Assembly (NCBI GenBank): GCA_000934665.2 | Contig: JYFJ02003405.1 | Span: forward strand, 1 to 42,373 | Origin: Catajapyx aquilonaris | Taxonomy: Eukaryota | Direction: 5' to 3' | DNA length: 42,373 nt | Part shown: positions 31,801 to 42,373 of the stretch, one piece after another | Layout: the number at the start of each line of letters is the position of its first letter | Numbering within the stretch: position 1 is the first letter of the stretch | The notes under the pieces: generated by a model | Database searches by the model: none | Seen by the model: the letters and a program-made list of their open reading frames with translations, nothing else | Told to the model about the DNA's origin: nothing | Made by a program: the position numbers and the translations under genes

Positions 31801-34545
31801 CGACTCGGACTTCTTTATTCGGAACAAGGCGAACACAACTTGGCCGTTAGTAACCTGCAGGATGCAGTGTTGTCATCGCCTGGAGACATGTAAGCCGTAC
31901 GTTAAAATGTGGATGTACGCACTGCTAACTTCCAATTTTCAGACATTGCTTGGAAAGTCTGGGCGATGCGTACTATGCTCGTGGATCGTACACTTCGGCT
32001 AAAAAAGTGTTTCAAGAAGCGATGCAGCTCGATCCCGAATCGTCTTTTCTTGCGTTCAGGGTCGGATGTGTCGAACAGGTACAGTTGCAAGGAGACATAA
32101 TTGTTATGTAGTTCATTACGTTTTTAATTGCAGATATTGGGCGAGTACGTCGATTGTATGTACACATTCGAGGCTTTACTAGAGCGTCATCCGGACTATA
32201 TCCCAGCGATGATACACTTAGCCGAGACACATCTGATGCTATGCCGTGAGTGCCTTCGAGAGCGGAGAGACGGAAGGGCAGTTGACCACTGCCAGGAAGC
32301 CCTAAAAGTCGCAGGGAAAGCGGCTGGACTCAGCCCGGATATTCCATGTACGTGGGAAGTGCTCGGATTGGCTGCGATGGTGCTAAGTCCGCTTCCGTGG
32401 CCACAAACGAAGGTTAAAATTCCGGCCACGTTGAACGACAATGACGAGGTCCGCCTTTTGGATCTGCTAAAATTGGGCGTGAAGTAAGTACATGTCATAC
32501 AATATTACATAATGTGCTAACACTGATTCTGCAGGTTTTACGAGAAGGCCGTTGAGCTGTGTCCGCTTGGAAGTTCGACTCACCAAATCTGGCATAATGT
32601 CGCCTTGAACTACTGGTATCAAGCGGAAGGTCTGACGGACATCCGCGAGAAAAAGGAAGCGAGAATAAAAGCGCTGGGGATCATACGGTTGGTGGTTGAT
32701 AAATTCCCGCATGTTCAGGACCATTGGACACTTATGGGAATAATCGCAGGCAGTTCAGGTACATCCGGCCACGAAATGTCTACTTACCACGTATTTAACT
32801 TAACGTAACTTTTGCAGAGATCGAGGATTTCCCAATGTCGCAACACAGCTTCATCCGAGCCATCGAGTGTAACCCAAAGTCCAGCTGTCTTCCGTGGACA
32901 TTTCTGGGTATGCTGTACCTGCATTTGGACAATGCCCATTTGGCGCATCGTGCTTTTTGCGAGGCCCAACGGATGGAACCGAGTCGCTCTCAAGCATGGG
33001 TCGGACAGGCCGTAATCGCAGAAAGAACTAGACCGGAAGAGGCTATCGGATTGCTGAGACATTCGCTGGGACTTGACGATGTACATCCGCAAGCTGAAGT
33101 CGGATACGCCAGCTGGGTACTCACAGTGTTACTTCAAGGAAAAGCCAAGAGCGAACGAAGCTACGCATTCCAGAACCACATAGAGCGACTACATGGCGTT
33201 TCACATGCAATCGACGCCTTAGTGTGGTTCACAGGTAAGTTGCAATGCAAGTACGGCAGGACTTATAATCCGCACATTTTCCAACTAGATCGGATCAAGA
33301 CGGATCCCATTTCGTACAACATGCTCGGGATGTTGTACGAATGGAAGAAGATGCATCGGAGCGCACTGGACGCCTATAAAAAATGCCTTTTCCTTCTAAT
33401 GGTCGCTGATGGCGACAACAAGCAGAAGGTGGATTGGGCCAGGAAAAACTACGCTCGATGCTTAACGACCCTTGGCGAAACCGAGAAGGCTCTGGAGCAG
33501 TATAAGATGCTGAAAGAGACAGACTTTGCATCGCATTGCGGACTTGCATTTGCTAGTTACAAAGGTATGGCTGTGATTTTTCTGGTAGCCGCAGAGTTTC
33601 AGTTGAAAAATTCATGTTGTCAATTCCAGCGGGCTATTTGGCCGACTCATACGAGTCATTCAATGCGGCCCTCGAGTGGCTAGCGGAAGATGACAAGGAC
33701 AGGGCTTATGTTCTGGTGGCTATGGGGATCTTAGCCAATCTTAACGGAAGCGTGGACGATGCGAAAACTCTTCTCTTCCAAAGGTACAACCTATCTCAGA
33801 AAATTCTTGCCGTTGCCTTTCATTACGTTGCTTCATAGCTGCCAGCTGGATCCGCCGTCACCTGAAGGCCTCTTTACACTCGCATCAATTGCAATGGACA
33901 CTAATGACGCAACGTTGCTGTCAGCCACCGTCAAAAGCATGGGCCCTTATGTGGAATCTGAAAAGTACAGAGCCACCGCCATGCACTTCAAAGCCTGTGA
34001 GCAATCTTTATTGCATGGCGATCCGTTCAAAGGCGAACTGGTGTTGCGGAGGGCGGTTCACAAGTATCCGTGGGATGCGGATCTATGGCGGAAGCTGACT
34101 TATCATCGGCTGCAGTGGTGCGAAACTGAGGACGAAGCGGCAAAAGCGACTGCGGCTTGCTCCGTAGCGACTCTGGCTCTCGGACGTGGAAAAATCGATG
34201 TGTCCGAGGTAAGTACTTACATTGTACCATCATGTTTTTACTCAACGCTATTAATTTCAGCTGCTGTCCTTGACGTCACTGAGCCTCGTTAAATCCGGAA
34301 ACATCTCTGATGGACTCATGGCGGCTAAGAGAGCCGTCCATATGTTTCCGAACTCAGCGCAAAACTGGTCGTCTTTATTAGCGGCTTACATGCCCGTCTG
34401 CACGGATCCGAGGGAAGTGAAGTGGTGCAAAAAGACTGTCGGATTTGTCCGGAGGCAGTTGCATCCCGGAAAAGACGTTCGGAAATGGCTGAGTAGCGTG
34501 GAAGGAAAACTCGAGGCCATATTGGCTGGAAACTTACTGAAGTAA
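28897..34545 (+). CDS. TTC37: Superkiller complex protein 3 (TTC37/SKI3), TPR protein, 15 exons, ~1329 aa
   Basis: Exons 28897-28989, 29068-29297, 29365-29572 (or 29581), 30481-30844, 30901-31145, 31199-31684, 31738-31889, 31943-32078, 32134-32483, 32535-32758, 32818-33234, 33289-33564, 33630-33783, 33839-34208, 34261-34545; phase-consistent. N-terminus MGSKEATKAALKEAREAVEAKEYDKALRTCK, LLGWKGLASYYEK, LGHYY...RKCY.KAF.LDP, ESLGDAY..RGSYTSA.K and SQHSFIRAI match TTC37. Confidence 0.93.
29750..30475. repeat. Low-complexity AATACA/ATAC minisatellite in TTC37 intron 3
   Basis: Tandem units such as gatacaataaaatacatacacagtactatacaatacatttat and atacattaatgatacaataaaatacatttatgataca; source of spurious Tyr/Cys/Val ORFs. 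Confidence 0.92.
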
Positions 34546-34942
34546 ATCATACGCAGAAAATGCGATTGTTCATTACATTTTTAGCAGTGCCCGTAATTTA
34601 TAGAAGATTTCATTAGCATCGCAACATCGCATAGCACATTTTCAGCGATGACAATAATTATTTTTAATAATTCATTAGCATCGCACATTTTCAGCGATGA
34701 CTATAATTAATATCTAAAACAGTTTGTTAGCATCGTAAGAAGTTCAGGAAAAAATTCAGTCGACACCAGTGCCTTTTTATTGCGGGATAAATAACTGGAT
34801 ACATAAGTAGCAAAAAAACCGAAGTTATGGAAATTAAGTCGTAAAGTGGAATAATAAGTTGCGACTATGGAATGCAAGTGCGGGCTAAACTTTTAAAGCC
34901 TTGCATTTTTTTTTTCTCGCTGTATTGTTACGTTGTTAGTGT

Positions 34943-36225
34943 TTATTTGGCTTGATCTATAAACGTGATTGCGGATGAGTCCGCTTTTTCATCTTTTACC
35001 TGAGTATTGCCGGGCCATGGGTTGGATGCGAAAATGGCTGGCGGCGTGAATGTGAAGTTGAATGTTGGGTTTGAACCGGCTACTGACGGATAGAGCGAAG
35101 GAATGGCCGATATTGGTCTGTTAGTCGGTGAAAATATGGATGCGGATGAACCTGCCGTGAACTTGAACGGAGCGCGTTTTGCAGAGCCGTGCTTCATTTT
35201 GGGCAATGTTGTGCTTTCGTAATGGCCGTTTGATCGTTCCGGTCGGATTTCGGTGATCGTGGTGGACTTCTCGATGGAGCTCAGCTTTTCCTCCATTTTG
35301 CGGTGCATCTTCTCGCAATCCAGTTTCAGCTTTCTGAACTCATCCCGGGACGTCTCGGCTTCTTGCAAAGTCCGCACGGTCCGTTCCTGAGGATATAAGT
35401 TTCATTTGTAATTCCTGAAGGACTTATTAGCATCGCAATGTTACCTGAAGCCCCTGCACTTCCTTCAAGACCTGCTGAAGCTGCCGATCCACGTTGGACG
35501 CCAGGATTGCCAGCTTTCCGACTTTAGTGCTTGTGGCTTCCGCGGCTGATCTGGTTGTGGCTAGGTTGTCCTGAACTGCCCCGAGGTCACTCTGCGCTTG
35601 AGCCACTTCAGAGTCGACTCTCTGCAGAAACTTGGCCAGTCTGCAGGAGTGGCTGTGAAGAACCTTAACGCTTGTGGCCAGACGAGGGAGCTCCATCAGC
35701 GTCAGTAGAGAGGAAGTCGAGTCGCTTCCAAGCTCAGCCTGCGGATTGAAACGATTAGGATTTACCGAGTTCATGCAAAGGAGACCTACCTCTGATGGCA
35801 CATTGCTGATGCTTCCACTTCCGCTCCTCCTGGCTGCCTGATTAGCCCCGATCCACTTACTCTCAAGCTCGGACATCAACTCGGACACTGTGAGTCCGCT
35901 GGACAACCGCTTCTTTTTCCGGGACAAACACGGCGGAGTGGCCGCAGCTCCCTTCAGAGTTCCCAAAGACGATGAGGAAGAGTCGACGTTGCTCTCCATG
36001 TTGCTCCGTCGTTTAGGCAAATACGGACTGGAATGGACCAACTCTTTGTTGACCTGCTGGAAGATCAAGCTGGTGCTGAGAGACGCCTCGAGGCTATCCT
36101 CCTCGCTTGATGAGTATCTGTAAGCCAGCTGAGCACGACCGTCCAGCACATCGTCCACACTGGACAACAAAGACGGAGGCTGCTCATCCTCGCCCATATC
36201 CACAGAACGACTGGCCCAATGCGAT
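34943..36225 (-). CDS. Ser-rich/coiled-coil terminal exons, probably the 3' end of the PH-domain gene
   Basis: Exons 36225-35445 and 35386-34943 (58-nt intron, phase 0); long heptad region FLQRVDSEVAQAQSDL...KMEEKLSSIE. Acceptor phase fits a donor at 38087. Confidence 0.75.
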
Positions 36226-37709
36226 CTGAAGGATACGACCGGTTTAACTAACCATGCGGACCGTGCGGATCATGCCGTCAATGAAATGCCAAAAGTCGGA
36301 GAGCAGGGATTTATTAGAAACATACAAACATACAGGTTACAAACAAAAGAGTTATTGTTCTGCGGACAAAGTTTGCACCACTGTCCACACTAGGTGCAAA
36401 ACAAAAGAGCCGCTTAGAACCAGACGAGCTAAAAATTTTGGTTAAAAGCTGGGTTTTTTTTAGTCGGAGTCTACTCCTGCTTCAACATGCATATGGATAA
36501 CTCCTAACGTCTGTTAACAGTTTCAGGACTTCCCCTACAACAAATTCGACGACAACAAACAATTCAACAGTGTCTGTACAACAAAAAAAAAAACTGTCCC
36601 AAATTTTATGCCAATTAATTTTTTATATGCGAATTAAGTAACATGTGCAAAACAGATGTGTTCAAACGGTTCGGATCGATCCATGTGAACACAGCTTTAC
36701 ATAACATCTCCTTCCCGGTTTTTTATTATTTTTAATAAGTACATACAACAATTTATGCTACCTCTTCCCGATAGCAAATTTTGAGCTTATTACACTCGCA
36801 GTCATCTGATAACAACAATTGCATCTCGTTATCTTAACGGGGAGGACAAATTTTTTTTTTTTTAAAAAAGGCCTCTTTATTAGCCCTTCAAAAGTTTCAA
36901 CCATTTGGACGTGTCATTTATACAATTTTACAGCCTATCGTTTACAGCCTTTTACTAAATTGGCTACATCACATTGTATTTAATAATTAATCTACAAACG
37001 TTTAATACGCACCATACAAAAGGTGCTGAACGCTAATTCCAGTAATATTGTGAGAGAGAGAGAGAAGGGCTGGAAAAAATAGTTAAAAAAAAAGATAGAC
37101 AAGCGGAAGTTGCGCATCAGTTAATAAAGTCAGGCAGACATGCTCATGCCCTTTTTAATAACATTGTGTAACTTTTTTTTTTTTAAGCTTTCTCTTAAAA
37201 AATCCAGCCAAGAAGTTGACATGTCGTTTGGGGGTCAGTGAATCACAAAAGATTGTGGGCCGCAAGCCAATAACAACGGAAAGAGAGTGCCTGGTTTCCT
37301 TCCCCCAAAAAGTTTCCTGGCAAAAGTTAGGCTAATTTTTTTGTAGATACGAATGGTCAAAGATGAAGCCTGAAATCCAGAGAAATTGGTGGTCGCTTCA
37401 CTTAAATTAATCTGCCCACATGATGAGATTAGATTGTCGCAATGTTGAAGGTGGCGTAACTTTGTGAAAGTTGCTGGGAAATTCTAGTGACAGATTTCAT
37501 GGATAGTTGACAGTCGGAACGCTTTTTGGGTTCACACGGGTGTGGTTGTCGTTGGGAGTTCAACAATACCGACCTGTAGATAAACGTAGTGCGGACCCAT
37601 CTGTAAACAACGGCGGCCACATTTCCATTCGAAACAATAGTGCAGAAAATTATCATTGGTCCCTCTCACGTAAACATAGCACCAAACCGTTGGGATTCAT
37701 CAAATGGGG

Positions 37710-38045
37710 GTAAGATACTCCGGAGCAAAATTTGTGCCTTTGAGATACTCCCTTCCTTACACTACCTAAAAAAATGTGACCTCACATATTTTTATAATTG
37801 CAACTTACTCCACTATAGCGTAGTATACTCCGGAGCAAATTGTGCCGAAGCGGTATCTGAAAGGCACAATTTGCTCTGGAGTATCTTACTCCACTGGATG
37901 AACTTAACCCGGTGGAGCAAATTGTGCCTAACTTGCCATACCTCATAAGTGTGACCTCATATATTTTAAACCATGTTTTTTAACTTTTTCAGGAGCATCT
38001 TATTACCCCCACTGGATGAACTTACACCAGTTGGTGCAAAATCTG
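37710..38045. repeat. Foldback repeat with ATACTCCGGAGCAAA / CCACTGGATGAACTT units
   Basis: agatactccggagcaaaatttgtgcctttgagatac (37713) is inverted against gtatctgaaaggcacaatttgctctggagtatct (~37853-37886); direct repeats at ~37891 and 38009. Confidence 0.65.
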
Positions 38046-38083
38046 ACTAGTGTAATTTTTTTTTTAAGGACAATCCAAATCTG

Positions 38084-39726
38084 TCACTGGAGACAACAGT
38101 AATGGGGCTTTCTCCAGCGGAAGTTGCTGTGTGGAGGAGCCTTCCCGTCTTCATCGCTCGTCGTTTGAGGGACTGGGGACGGGGAGGCTACCTCACCGAC
38201 AGTGTCGCTGATGTCACTGTCGGTGTCGCAGTTGGTGGCTGGAGGCTTGTCGTCATCGTTTGTGGACATGTCTGTCCCAGCCCCGATGCTGCAGTAGTCG
38301 GACGTGTCCAGCGACACGTCCCTCGACTGCCTCATCACATCATCGTGACTGTGAGCCCGCGGGCCGCCCCGAGGCCGTGCAACCACCACCTTCCCAGGCT
38401 CTCGTAGAAACCAGGCCTTCTCAAACCGACGTAGCTCATCCAACGTGGAGGAGCTTCGGACATGGTCGTAGCCATCGTCCCGATCCTCCTCCAGATCATC
38501 ATCCACACTGGACAGATCCAGTCCAAGAAGGCTGCCTAACCTGGACTCGTTGAGCCCCGGGTTCGTCTCCAGGGCGGACAAGCTGCTGGCACGACCCCAC
38601 AGCTTGTTGTTGGTGTCCTCCGATGACTGTTGGGGCTGCGGCTTGACGGTGTTGCGATGCTTGTTGGGCAACCGACGTCCACGAGGTCCTCTGGGTCTGG
38701 ACTTGGTCACACACTGGAGCTGGGACTCCCTGGGGACGTCCGACACTCGGATGACATCGGGACAGGTGTCCAGTCCCTCCTGGTCGCTACCACTACTGTC
38801 CTGCTAAGTATAGAAGGGACAGTCCACGTCATATTGTACTGTATGTTTGTAATTTACATCTACATTTTGGACAGTTGGTCCGCTAAGAAATCATCTACAT
38901 CTGTATATATTGGAAAGTTTGTTTGTTCGCGAAGAAATCATCTACATCTGTATTTCTGTTTTGTTCGGATTCGGCGTCAATTTACGTAAGTAGGTATCTA
39001 CGTAAGTCGAATCACGTAGGTCGGACTTTACGTAAGTCGAATCACGTAGGTCGGACTTTACGTAAGTCGAATCACGTAGGTCGGACTTTACGTAAGTCGA
39101 ATCACGTAGGTCGGACTTTACGTAAGTCGAATCACGTAGGTCGGACTTTACGTAAGCCGAGACCAATTTACGGAACATGAATTACGGAACTTTGCGCAAC
39201 TTTACGTAACTTGCTCTACGTAAGTCGAGGCAAATACGTAACTTGAATTACGTAACTTTACGTAACTTACACTACGTAAGTCGAGGCAAACACGTAACTT
39301 AAATTAGGTAACTGCGCAACTTTACGTACGGTAACTCACTCTACGTAACGCCAGACAACGGGTTATCTCTCGGGTTAGCTGCTAGTATTCGACATAATAT
39401 ATAAGGCAATGTTTGTTCGTTTGTTTGTCCACCGGGAGCGTGTTTCAACATGAGAGAGTGTGAAGTGTCAAATAAGTCTACAGAAGAACCGGCTGTCGTT
39501 GGCATTGTCGATGAGCCGGCTGACAATGGCGGCAGAGAGCGAGTCAATAAACGTCGTCGCGTCTCTTTATCGCCTGGGAATCGTCGTCGTCGCCCGAACT
39601 TTGATCGTCTTTTTCCTTTGTGTCGGTCGCACAGGTGAGAGCGAGAGACGCGTACAAAAGGCTGGAGGTGACAGAAGCAAATATAACGAGATTACAAGCA
39701 GCAAGTTTGAATATGAATGAGAAGAT

Positions 39727-39758
<32 letters not shown>

Positions 39759-40878
39759 GAAAGGCAATTATCAAGGAGGTTAATTCAATCACTATGCGAT
39801 TCAATTCGACAATTTCTCTGACTTTGTCTTGATGAGACGTGCTCTTTGCAAAAAAAAAAAAAAATGTGGCTCGACTTACGTAACTTGAAGCCAGGTCCGG
39901 CAAAAATGTGATTTCGGGAAAAAGTCAGACATTCACATCACCATTTATGTCACATTGTCTTGCCAAGACGTTCTCTTTGTGCGACAAATTTGCATCGACT
40001 TACGTAGTCTCGACTTACGTAGTCTCGACTTACGTAGATCCCGACTTACGTAAATAGGCACCAGGTCCCTCCAAAATGTGGTTGTGGTTTCGGAAAATCA
40101 CATAATAACATGGCCCCCGAGTTACATAAAGTAGCCTCGACTTACGTAAATTAAGTTACGTAAAGTTACGTAAGGCAGCCTCGACTTACGTAAAGTAGGT
40201 TGCGTAAAGTAAGTTATGTAAACAAGCCTCGACTTACGCAGATCCCGACTTACGTAAATTGGCGCCGAATCTCGCAAAAAGTTTTGTGATTTCGGAAAAT
40301 GACAACATGGCTTCGAGTTACGCAAAGTTCGACTTACGTAGCCTCAACTTGCGTAGATTCCGGACTTATGTAAATTGTCGCCGAATCGCGCAAAAAGTTG
40401 TGGTTTCGGATAAATCACAACATGGATTCGACTTACGTAAAGTGGGACTTACATAGCCTCGACCTACGCAGCCACAACTTAACGTACCGTAGACCCCGAC
40501 TTACGTAAAATGGCGCCCAGTCCCGCAAGAAAGGTGTTGTGGTTTCGGGGGAAAAAAAATAACGATATTGCATGGCTCCTAGTTACGTAAATTTCGACTT
40601 ACCTAAGTAATACTTACGTAAGTCGAAATTCAACGTAACTGGGAGCCACTTGCACAGTATTTTTTGAACTCCCAACAAAATTTTCAGACTTGGTTAGAGT
40701 ATAATAAAAGTGACAGGAAGTTCCTCACCTTGGCCATGTCTAGATTCCTGGGTCCCGACTTGGAGAGTCCTCCTTTCCCTCTCTTCCTGTTATTCTGGAT
40801 GCGTTCCATCGTGGCTCGAATCTTGTTCACCCACTCGTTCATCTCGCTCAGAGTCTCCGCCGAGAAGTAGTACCGGCC
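38084..40878 (-). CDS. PH-domain C-terminus followed by a CPI (capping-protein interaction)-like motif; 5' exons not identified in the window
   Basis: Exon 40878-40729 (GRYYFSAETLSEMNEWVNKIRATM = PH strand 7 plus terminal helix with the conserved Trp) splices in phase 0 to exon 38803/38800-38088, which contains LQCVTKSRPRGPRGRRLP. Either stops at TGA 38086-38084 or splices on at a weak donor. Confidence 0.72.
38999..39156. repeat. Perfect 30-bp tandem repeat x5
   Basis: tacgtaagtcgaatcacgtaggtcggactt at 38999, 39029, 39059, 39089 and 39119. Confidence 0.97.
39870..40650. repeat. TCGACTTACGTAA repeat family, inverted relative to 38965-39345, ending in a ~76-bp imperfect palindrome
   Basis: acttacgtaaattggcgccgaat (~40248-40270) is the reverse complement of attcggcgtcaatttacgtaagt (~38969). 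Palindrome tggctcctagttacgt...acgtaactgggagcca at 40573-40648. Confidence 0.8.
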
Positions 40879-41127
40879 CTTCAAATGATAGAGATAGAGA
40901 TAGACACATATTATTAGACAAAAAAATGGGGGGGGGGGGGGGTGNNGGGGGGGGGGGGAGTGTCTGGTGAACAAAACGGGACAGATGCTGGCTGGCACCA
41001 GGATGCTAATATAACTAATCAGATAACAGTTGTGGGGAAACTAATGTGAGCTATACTGTTAGATTATGCTCTTCAACACATACTCTCATCATATATAGAA
41101 TTGGAGGAAAGATTTCTCCCGTGACCC

Positions 41128-41338
41128 CAAGAGCTATGCCGGCGGTAGCTTCGTCTACTGGCAGTGCCACCTAAGTCGGAGTCTCCCTACCTGTCCGACT
41201 TAGGTGGCACTGCCAGTAGATGAAGCTACCTCTGACATTACGCGAGTGGACGTTAAGGATCCCGAGAGTGGCCAAATTTCCAGGAGGACCACCCCCCTGG
41301 CGTCATAAAGATGAAGCTACTAACGGCATAGCTCTTGA
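41128..41338. mobile_element. Hairpin (MITE-like) element carrying a nested SINE-like fragment flanked by a 12-bp duplication
   Basis: 37-bp arms 41144-41180 / 41194-41230; outer arms caagagctatgccg / cggcatagctcttg; agatgaagctac at 41218-41229 and 41309-41320 brackets a copy of the 1597-1722 element. Confidence 0.7.
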
Positions 41339-41537
41339 GGTCATGAGAGAAACAAGCCCCACCACCACAAGGTGGAGACACTGTCGGGGGAGGGGGGGAG
41401 CAATGCTGCTATTTGCATGTAGTACCACTACACCTCACACCACTGGGAGTGGCGGTAGTGATGCGTCATCTATGTGAGGGATATGGTACTACATGCAATT
41501 TGTACAAATTTTCCTGATTTTAGACTATTTCGAAGAA

Positions 41538-41892
41538 AAAAGCCTTATAGAACGGCTTTGTCTGTCTGTCTGTGGACAGCTATCAGACGGACAGCCGTGC
41601 TATAAGACTTTTTTTAGATTTTCGGGTTCCGGGTTCACTCTATACGTCTCCTTCCCCCTGACCTCCCAGTCCCGTGACTGACGTTGGGAACAATAGCAGT
41701 AAACATGAAAAAGTCTTATAGCACGGCTCTGTCTGTCTGTGGACAGGTATCAGACAGACAGACAGATCCGTGCTATAAGACTTCGTTTTCGATTTTCGGG
41801 TTCCGGGTTCACTCTATACGCCCCCTTCCCCCTGACCTCCCAGTCCCGTGACTGACGTTGGAGACAATAGCAGTAAACATGAAAAAGTCTAC
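41538..41892. repeat. Two tandem ~175-bp copies of an element with (GTCT)n/(GACA)n microsatellite and short inverted repeat (DINE-1/HINE-like layout)
   Basis: ccgtgctataagactt...gattttcgggttccgggttcactctatacg...cagtaaacatgaaaaagtct occurs twice; IR aagtcttatagcacgg / ccgtgctataagactt. Confidence 0.75.
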
Positions 41893-42373
41893 TCTAATCA
41901 CGCTGACGTGATTTGCCAGTGGTTTTTTCTTAGCTTTCTCATTAAAAATGTAGTACAGGCTTGTTCAACGACTGGACAGTACAGGGCTTTACATCGAGTG
42001 CATACAAAATTCAGGATACCTGTACCTGTACAAACCCTCGTAAAATAACAATCACTATCTTTACGACTATTACGAGCGGCCATTTCAGTGAAGTGCTGTA
42101 CACTACCAGTACTTAAAGTAGAAATATGTTGTAATCCCTGCCACGCTATACAAAATGCAAATGCAATAATTAGTGTGCCCTTCACATCCTCCATAATTGA
42201 CCGCTGGTTAAACTGCAAAACCTGACCAGCGTTTTTACAATAATTTTGTGTGTGGTCAGCGTGACCCTTTCCAAAAAAAAAAAAATGTTGACGGTGACAA
42301 ATTAACCCACGGTTCAAATCCTTATCTCTGGAGAAAAGATTCTTCAGAGAGAGCCAATAATCTCTTTCCGATA

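Noticed and set aside
38999..39156. 30-bp repeat array resembling a CRISPR array
   Set aside because: Units are contiguous and identical with no spacers, inside a eukaryotic intron, and no cas genes are present.
40928..40958. Poly-G tract as a G-quadruplex element
   Set aside because: Contains NN at 40945-40946, so length and sequence are unreliable; it reads as an intronic pyrimidine tract on the coding strand.
41898..42317. 139-aa minus-strand ORF with spaced Cys, as upstream PH exon or zinc finger
   Set aside because: Non-ATG start, no PH-like strands or coherent zinc-finger spacing, and no convincing splice sites identified.

Overview
Compact, intron-containing eukaryotic DNA, almost certainly arthropod (intronless divergent ionotropic receptors, insect-type U2 snRNA, TTAGG runs, 53-70 nt introns). 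Left to right: a decaying tandem array of divergent ionotropic receptor (IR) genes (one intact copy, two nonsense-interrupted copies, two fragments; unit ~4.35 kb); a Dpy-30-motif gene (-); a 14-exon DRC7/CCDC135 gene (-) with a predicted ~460-aa N-terminal extension; an F-box/LRR gene (-) head-to-head with NSE2/MMS21 (+); a divergent Zucchini/PLD6 (+); a variant U2 snRNA (+); a 15-exon TTC37/SKI3 (+); and the 3' part of a PH-domain + CPI-motif + coiled-coil gene (-). Most large introns and intergenic gaps are filled by different self-complementary (foldback/MITE-like) repeat families, several built on known transcription-factor motifs. Exon structures were derived by hand from splice signals and reading-frame phase. 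Homology calls come from recognised motifs, not database searches. No CRISPR or prokaryotic system is present.
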